Below, in pieces: positions 41,126 through 51,685 of a DNA stretch of 64,000 nt (positions are counted from its first letter, which is position 1; every line of letters begins with the position of its first letter). The notes under the pieces were generated by a model. That model saw only the letters and a list, made by a program, of their open reading frames with translations, was not told the DNA's origin and made no database searches. A program made the translations under genes and the position numbers. The DNA comes from a bacterium (GTDB taxonomy: Bacteria; UBA8248): NCBI GenBank assembly GCA_965213685.1, contig CBDBZY010000031.1, positions 32,001-96,000 of the forward strand, written 5' to 3'.

Positions 41126-42522
41126 GAACGCTCTCCTTCTGGAAAAACCTCCTCCACCCGGCACGACAAGCTGCCTTCCGCCAAGCGAATCCGTATCGAT
41201 TCCGTTTCCCTCACACGGCTGGCGCTTTTGAGGAGGAGGCCATCGGCCTCCCTGTACGCCAGGCTATACCCCCGCGCCAGAACGGCGAGCGGCGACACCA
41301 GCTCGAGGCGCCGCGCGGCGTCCTGGAGCGCATCCCGCTTGCGCCCGACGAGCCGTGCGGGCGTCGCGCGCAGCCGACGCGCGGCGTCTTCCGCGCGGGA
41401 CAGGGCGCTCTCCACCCTCTCCCTGGGCGACATCCCCCGCAGCCTCGGAGCCATTGCGGCCAGGCGCGCCCGACGCATCTGTCCCTGATGACCGGCCTCC
41501 CTCGCCATGCGCTCATACAGGGCGTCCACCCGCTGGGCCAGCGCCTCGAGCGGCGCTTCCGGTCTTCTGAAGGCGGGCTCCCTGAGCAAACGGGAGTACC
41601 TGCTCTCCAGCGCTTCCATCCGCTCCCGCATCGCCCGGCGCATCTCCCCCAGCAAGGCGCGCATGTCCCGCCCCGCACCCTGCCAGCCCCTGGCGACGCG
41701 CTCCGCCGCCGCCGTGGGGGTGGGCGCCGACGCATCAGCCGCCAGATCGCTGAGCGACGTGTCCACCTCATGGCCCACCGCCGAGATGAGGGGCGTCCCG
41801 CACCCGGCGATCGCGCGAACCACCTCCTCCTCGTTGAACGCCCACAAATCCTCCCGGCTTCCCCCGCCTCGGCCCACGATAAGGAGGTCGGCGGGGCGCT
41901 CCATGCCGGCGAGACCCGCATCCGCCCTTTGAATGGCCTGCGCGATGGAGGCCGCCGCGCCATCCCCCTGCACCGGCGTATGGACGATGACGACCTCGAC
42001 AATCGGCGCGCGATCCCCCAAAACCCGCAGCATGTCGCGGAGAGCGGCGCCCTCTGCGCTCGTCACCAGCGCGACGCGGCGGGGGCGTTCGGGCACCTCC
42101 TTTTTTCGCTCGCGCCCGAAGAGTCCCTCCTGTTCCAGCCGTTCGCGCAACTGGCGAAAAGCCACCTCGAGCGCGCCTTCTCCCAAGGGCTCCATCGAGA
42201 GCGCGGACAGCTGAAAGCGGCCTTCTTTCTCGTAGAGCGTCAAGCGGCAGCGCAGCATCACGCGCATGCCCGCTTCCGGTGCGAAGCGCAAGAACCGCCT
42301 GCGGCCGGAAAACATCACGGCGCCCACCCTGGAGGCGGCGTCTTTCATCTCGAAATAGGAATGCCCGGATGGATACGTCCGCCAGGAGGAGATTTCCCCT
42401 TCCACCAAAACCTGGCCGAATCCTCCCTCCAGCAACTCTCTCACGCGCGCGTTGAGCTGCGAGACGGTGAGCACCGCCGGCGCAGCCCGGGGCTTGCCGC
42501 CCCCCAGGAGGTCGACGCTCAT
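41122..42522 (-). CDS. xseA: exodeoxyribonuclease VII large subunit
   Basis: VEGEIS, SGHSYF, GRGGGSREDLWAFNEE, SAVGHEVD, PTPTAAAE. Confidence 0.95.
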   Translation of the reverse strand: MSVDLLGGGKPRAAPAVLTVSQLNARVRELLEGGFGQVLVEGEISSWRTYPSGHSYFEMKDAASRVGAVMFSGRRRFLRFAPEAGMRVMLRCRLTLYEKEGRFQLSALSMEPLGEGALEVAFRQLRERLEQEGLFGRERKKEVPERPRRVALVTSAEGAALRDMLRVLGDRAPIVEVVIVHTPVQGDGAAASIAQAIQRADAGLAGMERPADLLIVGRGGGSREDLWAFNEEEVVRAIAGCGTPLISAVGHEVDTSLSDLAADASAPTPTAAAERVARGWQGAGRDMRALLGEMRRAMRERMEALESRYSRLLREPAFRRPEAPLEALAQRVDALYERMAREAGHQGQMRRARLAAMAPRLRGMSPRERVESALSRAEDAARRLRATPARLVGRKRDALQDAARRLELVSPLAVLARGYSLAYREADGLLLKSASRVRETESIRIRLAEGSLSCRVEEVFPEGERS

Positions 42523-43397
42523 CGCGCGGCCCGCGCCGCTTCCGCGCGGAGGGAATAGGCGCGCACCGTGTTCGCCATCAGCATGGCGACCGTCATCGGC
42601 CCCACGCCGCCCGGCACCGGCGTGATGGCCGACGCCTTCTCGCACAAGGGACCGAAGTCGCAATCGCCCACCAGCTCCCCGTCCACCCGGTTGATGCCAA
42701 CGTCCACCACGACCGCTCCCGCCCGGACCATGTCCGCCGTCAGGAATTTCGGCCGTCCCAAGGCGGCCACCACGATGTCGGCCCCCCGGGTGATGGCGGA
42801 AATCTCCCGCGTTCGGGAATGGCACACCGTCACCGTCGCGTTCTCATGCAGCATCAGCAGCGACAGGGGGAGTCCCACAATCTTGCTGCGCCCGATGATG
42901 ACGGCGCTTTTCCCGCCCAGGCGGATGCCGTAGAACTTCAAAATCTCGAGGACTCCGGCGGGCGTGCAGGGCTTGAGCGCGCCCTGCCGGAGCGCCAGCT
43001 TGCCGAAATTCTCCGGATGAAACACGTCGGCGTCCTTCCCGGGGGAAACCGTTCCCAGGATTTCCCGCTCATTCAGATGCCCGGGGAGCGGCAGCTGCAC
43101 CAACACGCCGTCCACTTTCGGGTCCCGGTTCAACTCCCGGACGAGGGAGAGGACTTCCTCCTCGCTCGCATCCTCCGCCAGGCGATGGTCAAACGTTTCG
43201 ATGCCGAGCCTCCTGGCGGAGCGGCCCTTGATGCGGACATACACTTGGGACGCCGGGTCCTCCCCCACGAGAACGACGGCGAGGCCGGGCGGCCTGCCCA
43301 TCTGCGGCAGCAGCCCGGCGATGGAGGCCGCAAGTTCCTCCATCACCTTCTCCGCCACAGGTTTGCCTTTCAGGAGCAAGGCCGGTGCCATGTTCAT
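42519..43397 (-). CDS. folD: bifunctional methylene-THF dehydrogenase/cyclohydrolase
   Basis: VQLPLP, PCTPAG, GRSKIVG, DVGIN, ITPVPGGVGPMT. Confidence 0.96.
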   Translation of the reverse strand: MNMAPALLLKGKPVAEKVMEELAASIAGLLPQMGRPPGLAVVLVGEDPASQVYVRIKGRSARRLGIETFDHRLAEDASEEEVLSLVRELNRDPKVDGVLVQLPLPGHLNEREILGTVSPGKDADVFHPENFGKLALRQGALKPCTPAGVLEILKFYGIRLGGKSAVIIGRSKIVGLPLSLLMLHENATVTVCHSRTREISAITRGADIVVAALGRPKFLTADMVRAGAVVVDVGINRVDGELVGDCDFGPLCEKASAITPVPGGVGPMTVAMLMANTVRAYSLRAEAARAAR

Positions 43398-43463
43398 CCC
43401 TTATGATGGGGGTCATGACGGGTCGTCGCTTCCAAGGCGGGGGTTTTCAGCCGCGCGAGACGG

Positions 43464-44435
43464 CTAGACCAGAATCTTTCCATCCTGGATGATCAACCGC
43501 TCATCCGCCCACACCGTGGGGCTGTCAAAAATCATGTCGATGTGGAGCGGGGCCTCGACGTTGCCCCCGATGCTCCCGCTGTCGCCCACCGCCATGTGGC
43601 AGGTGCCCCACGTTTTCTTCGCCTCCCGCATCGTCTCCCTGGGCCGGCAGGCCGGGTTCGTGCCGATGGCGAATTCGGCCACGTTCTTCGCCAAATCCCC
43701 GTTTTCCTCCAACAGCCTCCAGAACCGGTCCGCAGCGGCGCTTCCCGTGACGGACGCCACCTTCCCCTCCTCAATCTCCAGGCGGATGGGCTCGGTGACG
43801 AATCCCAAATCCTTTCGCTCGATGGAGAAGGGGTTCACCATCACGCCGCTGGCCGTGCCCTCCAGCGGGCTCATGGCCGCCTCTCCGTCGGGACACGCCG
43901 CGAACTCTCCGGGCTTTCTCGCCACGCCAATGAGGGGGAAGCAAGTCCTTCCCTCCAGGGAGAAGCGCATGTCGCATCCATCCGGCGTGGTGAACCGCCC
44001 CGATTTCGCCTCGGTATATATGTCGGAAATTTTTCGGGTGACCCGGGCAACCTCGTCATAATCGGCCAGGGCACCGCCGGCGACCATCATGTCCTCGCGC
44101 CATCCCCACATATCGAGAACGCGGGCGCCCTCCCGGAGCGCGCTCCTCGCCGTTTCGGTGTGAATCGTGGCAAAGCTGGTCTGGAGGATCACCACGTCGG
44201 AGGCCGCCATCGCCGCCCCCACGTGGGGCAGGGGGTCCACGCCGCCATTCATATGCGGGGGCATGTGCATGATGGACAGCCTCGCGCCCGCGCCGCTCAG
44301 GGCGTGCGCAAGGGCTTGCGTGATGGACGCGGGACGATCCGAATCCGTGACGAGGAGCACCAGCTCGCCCGCTCTCACGTCCAGAACCTGCTCTACGATT
44401 CGCCTGGCGGTAGGCGCCATGTTGAACTTTGTCAT
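43464..44435 (-). CDS. M29/leucyl aminopeptidase-like metalloprotein
   Basis: [25 protein letters not shown]. Confidence 0.78.
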   Translation of the reverse strand: MTKFNMAPTARRIVEQVLDVRAGELVLLVTDSDRPASITQALAHALSGAGARLSIMHMPPHMNGGVDPLPHVGAAMAASDVVILQTSFATIHTETARSALREGARVLDMWGWREDMMVAGGALADYDEVARVTRKISDIYTEAKSGRFTTPDGCDMRFSLEGRTCFPLIGVARKPGEFAACPDGEAAMSPLEGTASGVMVNPFSIERKDLGFVTEPIRLEIEEGKVASVTGSAAADRFWRLLEENGDLAKNVAEFAIGTNPACRPRETMREAKKTWGTCHMAVGDSGSIGGNVEAPLHIDMIFDSPTVWADERLIIQDGKILV

Positions 44436-44642
44436 CTCATCACCCCTGCGTGCGGAAAATCGGAAACGGACGGCGCGCCAGATGAATGCGGGCCGATCCC
44501 CGGCGAAAATCCTCCCTGCGCGCGCGGCATTATACGGGGCTGGGAAACGCGCTCGCAAGAGCGCCGCCGCATGTGCGAGAATCGGCCGGCAGCCTTCGCT
44601 TTCATGGCATCCACTAGGCATCCACTAAAAACGGGCGCGGAC

Positions 44643-45047
44643 ATGACGACCCCCAGAAACCCCTATCTTACGGTGGACATCATCATCGAGACCGGGGATG
44701 GGGGCGTCGTGCTGATTGAGCGGAACAACCCGCCCCTCGGCTGGGCGCTGCCGGGCGGGTTCGTCGACTACGGAGAGACGCTCGAAGGCGCCGCGATGCG
44801 GGAAGCCAGGGAGGAAACCTCGCTCGACGTGAGGCTGGTTCGCCAGTTTCACGCCTACAGCGACCCTGGGCGCGACCCGAGGCAGCACAACGTCACGGTG
44901 GTGTATATCGCAAGGCCCGTCAGCGGCGCCCTCCGGGCGCGCGACGACGCGGGGCGGGCGGGCGTCTTCACCCGAGACGCGCTGCCCTCTCCCGTCGCGT
45001 TCGACCACGCAGACATACTGGACGATTATTTCTCCGGCAAGCACTGA
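44643..45047 (+). CDS. NUDIX hydrolase
   Basis: [34 protein letters not shown]. Confidence 0.92.
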   Translation: MTTPRNPYLTVDIIIETGDGGVVLIERNNPPLGWALPGGFVDYGETLEGAAMREAREETSLDVRLVRQFHAYSDPGRDPRQHNVTVVYIARPVSGALRARDDAGRAGVFTRDALPSPVAFDHADILDDYFSGKH

Positions 45048-45152
45048 GAGGCCGCCGCGCCGCGCAGGCGCGTTGTGCTATCATGGGCGCGCGACGCACA
45101 GGCGATGCGCGCGCGCATCCCCGGTTTTCCGTGCCATAGGACTTCTCACGAC

Positions 45153-45863
45153 ATGAGCGCTCTATTCCGAACCCTCGGCCGCGCATTCGCCCTGCTGCAA
45201 AAGGACGTCGCCGCCGTCATGGAGCGCGACCCCGCCTGCAGGACAAAGACGGAGGTCGTCTGCTGTTATCCGGGATTTCACGCCATCTCCCTGCATCGCG
45301 TGGCCCATTTTTGCTGGAGGGGGGGCTTTCTGCTCGTCGGGCGCTGGCTCAGCCACCTGAACCGATTCCTGACGGGCGTCGAAATTCACCCGGGCGCGCA
45401 AATCGGCGAAGGATTTTTCATAGACCACGGCATGGGCGTCGTCATCGGAGAGACCGCGCAGATCGGGAAGAACTGCACCATCTATCAAGGGGTGACCCTG
45501 GGCGGCGTGAGCCTGAAAAAAGAGAAAAGACACCCATCGCTGGAAGACAACGTCATCGTCGGCGTCGGCGCCCTCGTCCTGGGGCCGCACGTCATCGGCG
45601 CCGGCAGCCGCATCGGCGCGAGTTCGGTCGTCATCTCCGACGTTCCCCCCGGCTGCACGGTGGTCGGCGTGCCCGCGCGCATCGTCTACCGCGAGGGGCT
45701 GGGAAAAACGGATGGTCCGCCCATCGTCTCCTTCGAGCACCACGAACTGCCGGACCCCGTGGAGGCGGCCATCCAGTCCTTGCACCAGCGCATCTCGGCG
45801 CTGGAAAAAGAGCTGTCCCAGACGGCGGGGGCGCCCGGGGCGGAAAAATCCGGGGCGCCATGA
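45153..45863 (+). CDS. cysE: serine O-acetyltransferase
   Basis: [27 protein letters not shown]. Confidence 0.95.
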   Translation: MSALFRTLGRAFALLQKDVAAVMERDPACRTKTEVVCCYPGFHAISLHRVAHFCWRGGFLLVGRWLSHLNRFLTGVEIHPGAQIGEGFFIDHGMGVVIGETAQIGKNCTIYQGVTLGGVSLKKEKRHPSLEDNVIVGVGALVLGPHVIGAGSRIGASSVVISDVPPGCTVVGVPARIVYREGLGKTDGPPIVSFEHHELPDPVEAAIQSLHQRISALEKELSQTAGAPGAEKSGAP

Positions 45864-47035
45864 AAACCGTTTACATGGATCACAACGCGACGACGCCGAC
45901 GCGCCCGGAGGTTCTGGCCGCGCTCCAGCCGTATCTGCAGGAGAAGTTCGGAAATCCGAACAGCATCCACCGCTATGGGCGCGAGACCAGAATCGCGGTG
46001 GAGCGCGCGCGCGGCCACGCGGCGACGCTCATCGGCGCTGCGGACAGCGATGAAATCCTCTTCACCTCCGGAGGGACGGAGAGCGACAACTGGGCGCTTC
46101 GGGGCGTCGTCTCCGCGGCACGGGGGGGGAGGAGCCATATCGTCACCACGCAGGTGGAGCACGAGGCCGTGCTCACGACATGCCGGACGCTGGAAGGGGA
46201 GGGGGTGGCGGTCACCTACGTGCCCCCCGATCGGAAGGGGCGCATCTCGCCTGGGGAGGTGGCGGCGGCGATTCGGCCGGACACGAAACTCGTATCCGTC
46301 ATGTGGGGCAACAACGAGGTCGGCACCATCCAGCCGATCCCCGAGATCGGCGCCGTCTGTCAGGAGCGCGGGGTGCCGCTCCACACCGACGCCGTGCAGG
46401 TTCTCGGCAAGGAGCCCGTCGACGTGGAGCGGGCCGGCGTCTCCCTGCTTTCCGCCAGCGGACACAAGATCAACGCCTGCAAGGGAACGGGCTTTTTGTA
46501 TGTGAGGAGGGGAGTCCGGCTCGACCCCCTCATCGCCGGCGGCGGACAGGAGCAAAAAATGCGGGCGGGGACGGAAAACGTCGTCGGCATCGTCGCCATG
46601 GGAGAGGCGTGCCGCATCGCGCAAGAAGAAGGCGCGCAATTCGCCCGGAGGGTTTCGACCTTGCGGGATAGACTGGAGAACGAAATCTGCGAGCGAGTTC
46701 CCGACGTGCTGGTCAACGGCGATCCGGCGCGCCGGCTCCCCGGCACGTCGAACCTGGGGTTCATCGGCGCGGAGGGAGAGACGCTGCTGATTCGCCTGGA
46801 CCTGGAGGGCATCGCGGTGAGCACCGGCGCCGCGTGCAGCTCCGGCTCGCCTGAGCCCAGCCACGTCTTGCTGGCGATGGGATTGCCGAGGGAGGCCGTG
46901 CAAGGCTCGCTGCGGTTCAGCCTCGGGCACGGAAACTCGGATGCGGATGTCGACAGGCTGCTCGAGGTGCTGCCGGACGCCGTCCGCAGGGTGCGCGAGA
47001 TGGCGCCCCCCTCCCTGAGACCGACAAAAACGTGA
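45860..47035 (+). CDS. iscS: cysteine desulfurase (IscS/NifS type)
   Basis: [33 protein letters not shown]. Confidence 0.93.
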   Translation: MKTVYMDHNATTPTRPEVLAALQPYLQEKFGNPNSIHRYGRETRIAVERARGHAATLIGAADSDEILFTSGGTESDNWALRGVVSAARGGRSHIVTTQVEHEAVLTTCRTLEGEGVAVTYVPPDRKGRISPGEVAAAIRPDTKLVSVMWGNNEVGTIQPIPEIGAVCQERGVPLHTDAVQVLGKEPVDVERAGVSLLSASGHKINACKGTGFLYVRRGVRLDPLIAGGGQEQKMRAGTENVVGIVAMGEACRIAQEEGAQFARRVSTLRDRLENEICERVPDVLVNGDPARRLPGTSNLGFIGAEGETLLIRLDLEGIAVSTGAACSSGSPEPSHVLLAMGLPREAVQGSLRFSLGHGNSDADVDRLLEVLPDAVRRVREMAPPSLRPTKT

Positions 47036-47044
47036 GGAAGCCCC

Positions 47045-47428
47045 TTGTCCCCGCAAGACGACTACCACTATAACGCCACCGTGCTCGCCCACATCGCGGA
47101 TCCGCGCAACGTCGGCGTCATCGAAGACGCGGACGCCCGGGGAAGCGGGACGAACCCCGCCTGCGGGGATGAGGTGACCCTCTACCTCAAATTCGAGGAC
47201 GGCGTCGTCTCGGACGCCAAGATGCGCATCCTGGGCTGCGGGGCGATCACCGCGGCGATGAGTTCGTTGACGGATTTGGCGCGCGGGAAAACGGCGGCGG
47301 AGCTGGGGCGCATCACCGCGCAGGAGATTGCGAAAAGCGTCGGCGGCCTCCCCGCCCACAAGCGCCACTGCGCCGCCCTCGCCCGGCGCGTGCTCCAGAG
47401 CGCATTGCGATCCCGCAACAGCGGCTGA
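47045..47428 (+). CDS. iscU: IscU/NifU-like Fe-S scaffold
   Basis: PRNVG, NPACGD, GCGA, KRHC. Confidence 0.88.
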   Translation: MSPQDDYHYNATVLAHIADPRNVGVIEDADARGSGTNPACGDEVTLYLKFEDGVVSDAKMRILGCGAITAAMSSLTDLARGKTAAELGRITAQEIAKSVGGLPAHKRHCAALARRVLQSALRSRNSG

Positions 47429-47435
47429 CGCCTCC

Positions 47436-47897
47436 ATGACGCCGTCGCCTCCCGTCCGAATCATCGAACTCGACGGGCACCGGGGCTGGGGGCTGCGCAC
47501 GGACGATCCGGCGACGCCTGCAAACATCGGCCTCCTGCAAGCCCGCCTGCTCAAAATCTGTGGACATCTTCCGAGAATCGGCCCCGCCTTCGGCCTGGAC
47601 CACGGCGAGAGGGGGTATGCGGCCTGCTGGAGGGCGCCGGTCGAGCTGCCCCTGCCCCGGGCGCTCCACGAAGCGCGCGCACCGGGCGGCTGGTACGCGG
47701 TGGCGACGCACGAGGGGGGCTACGACGCGATGGGCGACACCGTGGAGGGCGTCCTCACCGGCTGGCTGCCCCACAGCGGATTCCGCAGAAAAGAGGGGCC
47801 GCTGATCTACCGGTACGTGACCGACCCCCGTGAAACGGCGGAGGCCGACCTGCGAACGGAAATCTGCGTTCCCGTTCGGCCCGACCCGATTGAATGA
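47436..47897 (+). CDS. GyrI-like small-molecule-binding protein
   Basis: GGWYAVATHEGGY, WLPHSG, RYVTDP...LRTEICVPV. Confidence 0.75.
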   Translation: MTPSPPVRIIELDGHRGWGLRTDDPATPANIGLLQARLLKICGHLPRIGPAFGLDHGERGYAACWRAPVELPLPRALHEARAPGGWYAVATHEGGYDAMGDTVEGVLTGWLPHSGFRRKEGPLIYRYVTDPRETAEADLRTEICVPVRPDPIE

Positions 47898-47938
47898 CCG
47901 CGCCGAGGGCGACGCCTACAGGTTCTGTTTCCGGCGCC

Positions 47939-50881
47939 TCACGCCTTCGCGATGCGGCACAGCAGGCTCTTCATGTTCGTCTGATCGGAGGCCGGGTCCC
48001 GCTGGTTCGCATCCGTCAGAAAGTTGACGGATCGCCAGGGATGGTAGGGCTGGCGCTCTCCCCAGCCAATCGGGACAAACACCGAATCGCGCCGGATGCC
48101 CGCATTCACCCAGGCCATCGCCTCGATGGCGCCATGCGCGGTCTCGACCCGAAGCTTCTCCCCGTCCTCGATGCCCAGCGCCGCCGCCTTTTGGGGATGG
48201 ATTTGGCAATAGAGGTCGGGCCACATCTCCTGTGCCTGCCAGAAATAATGCGTCCAGCTGTGAAAATGCGGGGCGGGCGGGCGGCCCGTGATCAACGTGG
48301 CGTCAAAACCGGCGCCATCGCCGGCACTCGCCCCGTCCGGCTGGACGATGCGGGCGGTGCGGGAGCCCGTCGGCACCTTGCTGAACGGGGAGAGCACCTC
48401 CATGTCGTCATCGCCGCGCTCATATTCGAGGTGGGGCAATTCCAGCAGACTCTCTTTCTCGCCGTAAAACTCCGGCAGCGCGCCCAGCCCCACCCGGGAG
48501 AATTTCTCCTCCAGCGCCTCGGTCCAGAACTCCAGCCGCCCGCTCGGCGTGGGGAACCGCTTGCCCTCGGGCTGTCCGGTGGCGGTCGTCCCCTCGAGAT
48601 ACAGCGTTTCCTGCTCGGGGGCGTCCTCGCTCGCGACCGGAAAGCGCACCCACCGGTAGGGGGTCGAGTGGAGTCTTCTTTGCGTGACCCCCCGCAGGAA
48701 ATCGTTGTCTATGCACATCTCGTCCCAGAACTTTCCGGGGTCCTTGTACTCCTCCTTCATGACGTCGCCAAACCCCAGGCGCTTTCCGAGCTCTATCCAT
48801 ATCCACCCGTCGGGCCTCGCCTCCCCTGGCGGGTCGATCATCTTGTCTATCCACACGATCCGCCTGTCGTCATTCGTGCGGCCGACCTCCCCCTTTTCGA
48901 TGCCGCCCGCCGCGGGCAGCACGTAATCGGCGAACGCGGAGGTCTCGTTCTGGAACAACTCGATGTGGACGACGAGGTCGAGGGAGAGGAAGGCGGCGCG
49001 CGCCTCGTCCTGGCCCGGCCACTGCGCCAGCGGGTTGTTGCACGTGATGAGGCCCCGGATGGGGTATGGCTTCCCCTCCCGCATGGCGCGCAGCCAGCCG
49101 GCCGGGCTCCTGCGCACCATGGGCCTTCGCATCTCCGCTCTCCTGTCCTCCGGTGCGTTGGCGGCGATGGGCGGGCCGGCCGTCATGTTCACGTAGGCAC
49201 CGCCCCGGCGGCCCCAGTTCCCCGTTATCGCGGCCACGAACATGAACACCCGGTTGGTCTGCACCGAGTTGGTGTGCTGGTTGATTCCCCGGCTCGCGAA
49301 AATGACGCAGCCGTCCGCCCGGGCCACCTCCTCCGAGAGTGCCCGAATGTCCCGCGCGGATATGCCCGCAATGGCTTCCGCCCAGTCGGGGGAATACCCC
49401 CTGGCGAACAGGAAATCGCGCCACCGCTCCCAGCCCAGCACCCATCGCTCGCAAAAGCGCCTATCGTGCAGGTCGCCCGCGAGAATGTGATGCGCCATGG
49501 CGAGGCCGAGGGCCATGTCGGCGCCCGGGCGAATGGGCAGCCATTGGTCCGCCTTGCTCGCCGTCGCGGTGAACCGGGGGTCCACCACCACCATCCTGGC
49601 CTTGTTCCGGATGCGCCAGTCGTTCACCTTGCCGAAATAGACCGGCCGCGTCTCGGCCTGATTGTCCCCGATGTAGAGATACATCGCGGCGCTGCCGATA
49701 TCCCGCGGCGTATAGCTGTTGCCGTTTCCGTTGATCCCGTGCGTCACCTCGTAGGCGACCACCTTGCCCGCCGCGCAAAACGGGTCCGTGCCCTGGATGT
49801 TGGGGGTTCCCCACATCTGGCTGAACAATCGCGCATACCCTTTCTGGGTGATGAGGCCCGTGCGCGTTCCCACGAAAAGCGCGAGCGCCTCCGGGCCCCA
49901 CCGCTCGCCGAGTGCCTGCAGCTTCGCGGCGATCTCATCGAGCGCCTGCTCCCAGGGGATGCGCTCGAATCGGCCCGCACCCCGCGCGCCGACGCGCTTG
50001 AGAGGGTGCAGCAGGCGATGCTCGTTGTGGTGCATCTGCAGCGCGAACTGCGCCTTGGGACACAGCTTTCCGTTCAGGACGGGGTCCTCCTCGTTTCCCG
50101 TCACGTTGATGAGCCGCTCCCCCTGAAAGTGAAACTTCGCGCTGCAGCAGTTGAAGCAGAAATTGCACCCTCCGGGCAGAACGCGGTCCGCCTGCAGCGT
50201 CTTCTTGTCCTGCAGATAGGGGAAGCGGGGGCCTTTCTCCTCAAACACGGCGTTCGCGGCGGGAGAATCCGCAAAGCGCGGCCGGCGGGGACTTGCGGAC
50301 GGACGCCGCCCGTCCCCCTCGCACTCGCGCCCGTTTCGCCTCTCGATTTTCTCGAGGTAGACCGTCTGCGGCTTCAGGAGGAAGTGATCGTGATCGCGGG
50401 GACGGCGCCCCTCCTCTCCCGCCTTTTCCAGGAGCGCCCCCCTTTCTCCGAAGGAGATGGCGAACCCCGGGCAAATCTCCGCGCAGGCGGGCTCCAGGCC
50501 CCGGGCGCGTCTGTCGGGACACAAATCGCACTTGACCGCATGATGCCCCCTGGCGTCGTAGCCCATCGCGCTGTAAGGACACGCCATGACGCATTCCCCG
50601 CAGCCGGTGCAAAGCTCCTCGCGCACTTCCACCGCGCCGGTGTCCGGATGTTTCGTTATCGCCCGGGGGTGAACGGGACAGGCCCGCAGACAGGCGGGAC
50701 GCTCGCAGTGCTGGCAGGTGAGCGTCAGGAAGTCGGGTGCGCCCGTGGAGGCGTCTCCCAGCCAGACGACCTTGTTGCGGTATTCGCCGGGACCCAGCCT
50801 GTGCTCCTGCTTGCAGGCCGCCTCGCAGCTTTTACAGCCGAAGCACCGCTCCAGGTCTATCATCAAGGCTAGCTGCCCCAA
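47939..50881 (-). CDS. DMSO-reductase-family molybdopterin oxidoreductase fused to an N-terminal 4x[4Fe-4S] DmsB/NrfC-like domain
   Basis: CFGCKSCEAAC, CQHCERPACLRACP, CTGCGECVMACP, CDLC...CAEICP; then CNFCFNCC...LCPK, RLLHPLKR, GTPN...FC, PIRPGAD, ADYVLPAA, IHPQKA; TTG start after GGAGG. Confidence 0.88.
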   Translation of the reverse strand: MGQLALMIDLERCFGCKSCEAACKQEHRLGPGEYRNKVVWLGDASTGAPDFLTLTCQHCERPACLRACPVHPRAITKHPDTGAVEVREELCTGCGECVMACPYSAMGYDARGHHAVKCDLCPDRRARGLEPACAEICPGFAISFGERGALLEKAGEEGRRPRDHDHFLLKPQTVYLEKIERRNGRECEGDGRRPSASPRRPRFADSPAANAVFEEKGPRFPYLQDKKTLQADRVLPGGCNFCFNCCSAKFHFQGERLINVTGNEEDPVLNGKLCPKAQFALQMHHNEHRLLHPLKRVGARGAGRFERIPWEQALDEIAAKLQALGERWGPEALALFVGTRTGLITQKGYARLFSQMWGTPNIQGTDPFCAAGKVVAYEVTHGINGNGNSYTPRDIGSAAMYLYIGDNQAETRPVYFGKVNDWRIRNKARMVVVDPRFTATASKADQWLPIRPGADMALGLAMAHHILAGDLHDRRFCERWVLGWERWRDFLFARGYSPDWAEAIAGISARDIRALSEEVARADGCVIFASRGINQHTNSVQTNRVFMFVAAITGNWGRRGGAYVNMTAGPPIAANAPEDRRAEMRRPMVRRSPAGWLRAMREGKPYPIRGLITCNNPLAQWPGQDEARAAFLSLDLVVHIELFQNETSAFADYVLPAAGGIEKGEVGRTNDDRRIVWIDKMIDPPGEARPDGWIWIELGKRLGFGDVMKEEYKDPGKFWDEMCIDNDFLRGVTQRRLHSTPYRWVRFPVASEDAPEQETLYLEGTTATGQPEGKRFPTPSGRLEFWTEALEEKFSRVGLGALPEFYGEKESLLELPHLEYERGDDDMEVLSPFSKVPTGSRTARIVQPDGASAGDGAGFDATLITGRPPAPHFHSWTHYFWQAQEMWPDLYCQIHPQKAAALGIEDGEKLRVETAHGAIEAMAWVNAGIRRDSVFVPIGWGERQPYHPWRSVNFLTDANQRDPASDQTNMKSLLCRIAKA

Positions 50882-50906
50882 GACGCGCCCCTCCCACGCA
50901 CGCGGA

Positions 50907-51680
50907 CTACCACTTCGCCAGATGCCACCAGTATATCTCCCCGCCGCCGGAAACATAGCCCGCGAAAAACGTGACGGTGACGACATGCCCCAACATGCCG
51001 AGAACGAAGAGAAACGCCAGAACGATGTGCGCCGCTCGCCAGTAGGCCTGGGCGGGAGAGGCGCGGGTGCGCCCGCCCAGCAGCCTCCTCTCCCGCTCGG
51101 CCAGGCGGGCGTAGGCGAGCGCGAGGCCGGGCCGGGTCAGCCAGTGCCCGAGCCGGAGGGAGAAGACGCCCTCATCCGCTCCCGGTGCCAGCCGGGACAA
51201 AAGGGCCTCTTTCCGCTCGATCAAGCGGGCGATGCGCTCCCGGTCGGCCGCACCCGGCGGGGAGAAGGACTCCTCCCTGGAGGCGAAGGCGGCCGCCATC
51301 GCCCTGGAGATGCGAACGCGCGCCCACACCCCGAGGATCACCAGAAACAGCAGCGCGACGAGCAACAGCGCCGGGGCGTAGCGCAGAAATCCGGCGGAGT
51401 GGATGGTCGCCAGCACGCCGCCGAGGGTGGCCGTCACCACATGGGCGGAAAACCAGCCGACGGGGGAGCCGCCCAGGCCCGTTCGCTTCGTGATCACAAA
51501 CACAACGGAGACGCACAGGAGAACGGCGCCCGCCACGCCGAACGCATACAGCGTCGGGGAGCCCGGCTGACGCCATTCGCGCGGCAATTCCGGCTGGAGC
51601 GCGAAAAAGGTGACCAAAACCAACGCCGCGGCGAAGATGAGGTAGGCGAGCAGCCTGTCGCCAATGTCGAACCGTCTCAT
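50907..51680 (-). CDS. integral membrane protein with paired His (cytochrome b-like)
   Basis: multiple hydrophobic helices; FSAHVV...TIHSAG and WRAAHIV...LGHVV. Confidence 0.7.
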   Translation of the reverse strand: MRRFDIGDRLLAYLIFAAALVLVTFFALQPELPREWRQPGSPTLYAFGVAGAVLLCVSVVFVITKRTGLGGSPVGWFSAHVVTATLGGVLATIHSAGFLRYAPALLLVALLFLVILGVWARVRISRAMAAAFASREESFSPPGAADRERIARLIERKEALLSRLAPGADEGVFSLRLGHWLTRPGLALAYARLAERERRLLGGRTRASPAQAYWRAAHIVLAFLFVLGMLGHVVTVTFFAGYVSGGGEIYWWHLAKW

Positions 51681-51685
51681 GGAGA

